64,000 nt of DNA from Podospora anserina (Eukaryota): assembly GCA_017654855.1 (NCBI GenBank), contig CM030336.1, positions 1-64,000 on the forward strand, written 5' to 3'. The notes beneath the pieces were generated by a model that was not told where the DNA came from, made no database searches, and saw nothing but the letters and a program-made list of their open reading frames with translations. The position numbers and the translations under genes are program-made. Positions 61,604-64,000 of the stretch are shown here, in pieces; the stretch's first letter is position 1; the number at the start of each line of letters is the position of its first letter.

Positions 61604-64000
61604 GGCCAACTCCAGAGTCCTTAAACGGTCGATAGGACTTGCAGGGTAGAAGGTGGTAGAGTCTGTGTAACTGGTCTAGTTACCAAGTAATTCGAAATAG
61701 ATAAAGAGGTAGATGCGGAGGTAGACGATCAGCATCAACAGCAGTCGAGGGATTTTATATACAACAACCGACAACAGTCCTAAGGATACCAATACCCCCT
61801 CCCGGGTTCGGAACGGGCGTAAACTGCAGAAAGCCAGGGCTGAACGAATCACCTACAGGCCACTTACAGAGTGCCACTTTTCAGGCCTTGAACAATACCT
61901 TGATTACGCTTGTTTGTTCCTCGAGCGCTTGGATACCGCCAGTACCGGTGACATGGTTGGTGTGGGCACCATCGTCACTATGGATCAGGGCTTACCGAGC
62001 ATATAGTATGTCTCTTCAGGGTATTCCGGATCCCGGATACCTTGCCTGACCTTTAGAACATGGTCCGCAACCTCACCCATGCCCACCCATGAGTCCCGGC
62101 AGCTTGGGTGGATATCTCACCAAAATCAAACCACACCCTCCCACGCCAACACACCGGGACGCCCATGTCGGTAAGTCGCCGACCTTGGGCTCCCACTTGG
62201 AAACATCAAGGGGTCCTGGGCAGGTGGAGAGGACGGCTCTTGTGACACTCGGGAAGGATGCTCAGTCCATTTCGACCCAATGATAGGAGTGACAAGACCA
62301 CTTTCCCCTCCCAGCCGAGTGGTCAACCGTCTTTCCTCCTTGGGATGTTCCCATGTGAATTCCCGTGACCTGAATTTGGGCTTCTACTGGAGTGGAGTGG
62401 AGTGGTAGCCGAGACGAAAGAGGGCCCCCCGTTGACGACTGGAGACGCTAGGAAGGGGAATAAAAAGGCGCTTCTTGATGCCTAACAGCTCAACGGTGCC
62501 GGTCACCGAGTAGACAGCATACCCTGGCCACAACGTTGAGGATTTCCGCGTTCTTGGGTCTTCCAGGGTGGCTTGCTTGCTTTGTCTGGGTGGTGGCTGT
62601 TTCTACCGATTCCGACTTTTGCCCGTGCAGATTCCGCTAGACTGAGTGAGGCCCCAGCGTCAGTAATCGTACACGTGTTGCCCACATCTCGACTCCCTGA
62701 CAGCTTGTACCGTGGACTCGCACAGACCAATCGGCCAGCTTGAAAGGCAGGAATTGGTCTGTGAGACCCCCAAATCCAAGCCGGCACGTCCCACGGTTCA
62801 CGGTGCGTGCCGCGGAAACTGCCAGTCGGGGCATTGTAGGTACCCTCTTGGATCAAGACACATCAATATTAAGGCACGTTGCCATGTCTCGATTCAAGAC
62901 CCAGCGGTGGAAACAACGCACAGCGGTGGCTTGCTCGCCCATTTCGAGCTAGAAATTGCCAATGGCTTCAGAACATTCTGCGCTCAGCCCTTTTTCGCTG
63001 CCTTGCCTGCTGTCTGTTCCTGCTAGCATGACATGTGCTGCAGGAACCAAACAACGAGCGCTGTCCATGCTCAACCGTGCAGGCATCCATCAGAAGCTAT
63101 CCCTGCGGTACTGAAGAGTTTTCAGCCACAATGCCCTACTGAGAGCAAGCTGACGTCGGTCAGGGACGTCTGAGTTGGCCGGGCCCAGCCTACATGCACA
63201 TACTATGTCATCCTCCAACAGTGGGAATGCCAACCGGCATCGAACATGGCACGATTTGTGCAAGATCCAGAGATGTGCGAGACTCGAACCCGACTTTACT
63301 GACTGAGGGTTGAGATGACTGGCTGTCATGCTCTTGCCGAATCACCGTCACACAACTTGAAAACAGCTTGACAGGTGAATCGAGTGATTCTTAAAGAAGA
63401 CCTGATGTTTAAGGGGAAAACAATCGCAGCATAAATCTGTCCATCGCCATAAAACAATTGTTCAGCCATAGACACTTATCCAGATGGGGATACGATCTGC
63501 TTCAGCAGAAAAATGGAAGCGAGACACGACCCCTGAAGAAAACACCAAAGCTGAATTTCCATGCCAAGACACGGCACGCGATCCTTGGCTTCCCGACCCC
63601 AACCAAGAACAACGCCAATCGGCACTGCTCTTAACGCGGTGCTACACGCGGGAAAGAATAAAAAACCACCCCCCATGTACCAGCGCGGCGAGCAATCGAT
63701 CAGTGACATTGTCGCTGGGCCAATGTCTCGGCGGGACTGCCAGAAAGCCCAGTCAGAGAAGAGCAAGCGAGGGCTAGTGGCGAATGATGCTGCAGACACC
63801 AAGGGGCTACTCGGCCATCTGGGAGCGACCACATGCAAGTGCTGTCCAGTCAAAATCCTCAGCACAAAGCGGGCCTCTGGGGGCCATTCACAGGATGCGG
63901 GAGATCGCCCAAGACCATTGGTACCATTGGTTCAGTCTCTGACAGATCTAAATCGTGCTGTTGGGCGGCACGCTCTCGTCCCCCTAAACCGATTCGAACA

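Noticed and set aside
36860-64000. Starship giant transposon carrying the cluster
   Set aside because: No DUF3435 captain or recognisable Starship boundary is visible in this window.
61700-64000. Short ORFs of 64-129 aa at the right end
   Set aside because: No domain, coding signature or convincing splice model. Treated as intergenic or promoter DNA.

Overview
Filamentous-ascomycete (Sordariomycete-like) DNA with two compartments. Bases 1-36.5 kb are an AT-rich block of nested transposons degraded by RIP (repeat-induced point mutation). It holds two copies of a roughly 10-13 kb element carrying a RecQ-helicase pseudogene (telomere-linked-helicase type, with a tyrosine-recombinase-like upstream region), two unrelated 202-bp tandem arrays and a precise hairpin-bearing end. 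It also holds a complete chromodomain Ty3/gypsy element nested in a relative, three solo-LTR-like elements and a pogo fragment. From 36.9 to 61.6 kb is a compact block of intact, mostly spliced genes: NmrA-like, DUF1996, SAM methyltransferase, HSL-type hydrolase, a remodelled AspRS paralog, an atypical Fe(II)/2OG-fold oxygenase, a heme-oxygenase-like diiron (HDO) enzyme, a degenerate JmjC-like protein, an MFS exporter and an IDO-like heme dioxygenase. A Tc1 and a Fot1/pogo transposon interrupt this block. The best candidate for an undescribed system is a biosynthetic cluster with no PKS or NRPS, built around the AspRS paralog (ATP motifs kept, aspartate pocket and anticodon residues changed) plus the HDO and the oxygenase. 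All gene models and motif matches were read by eye; no database search was run.
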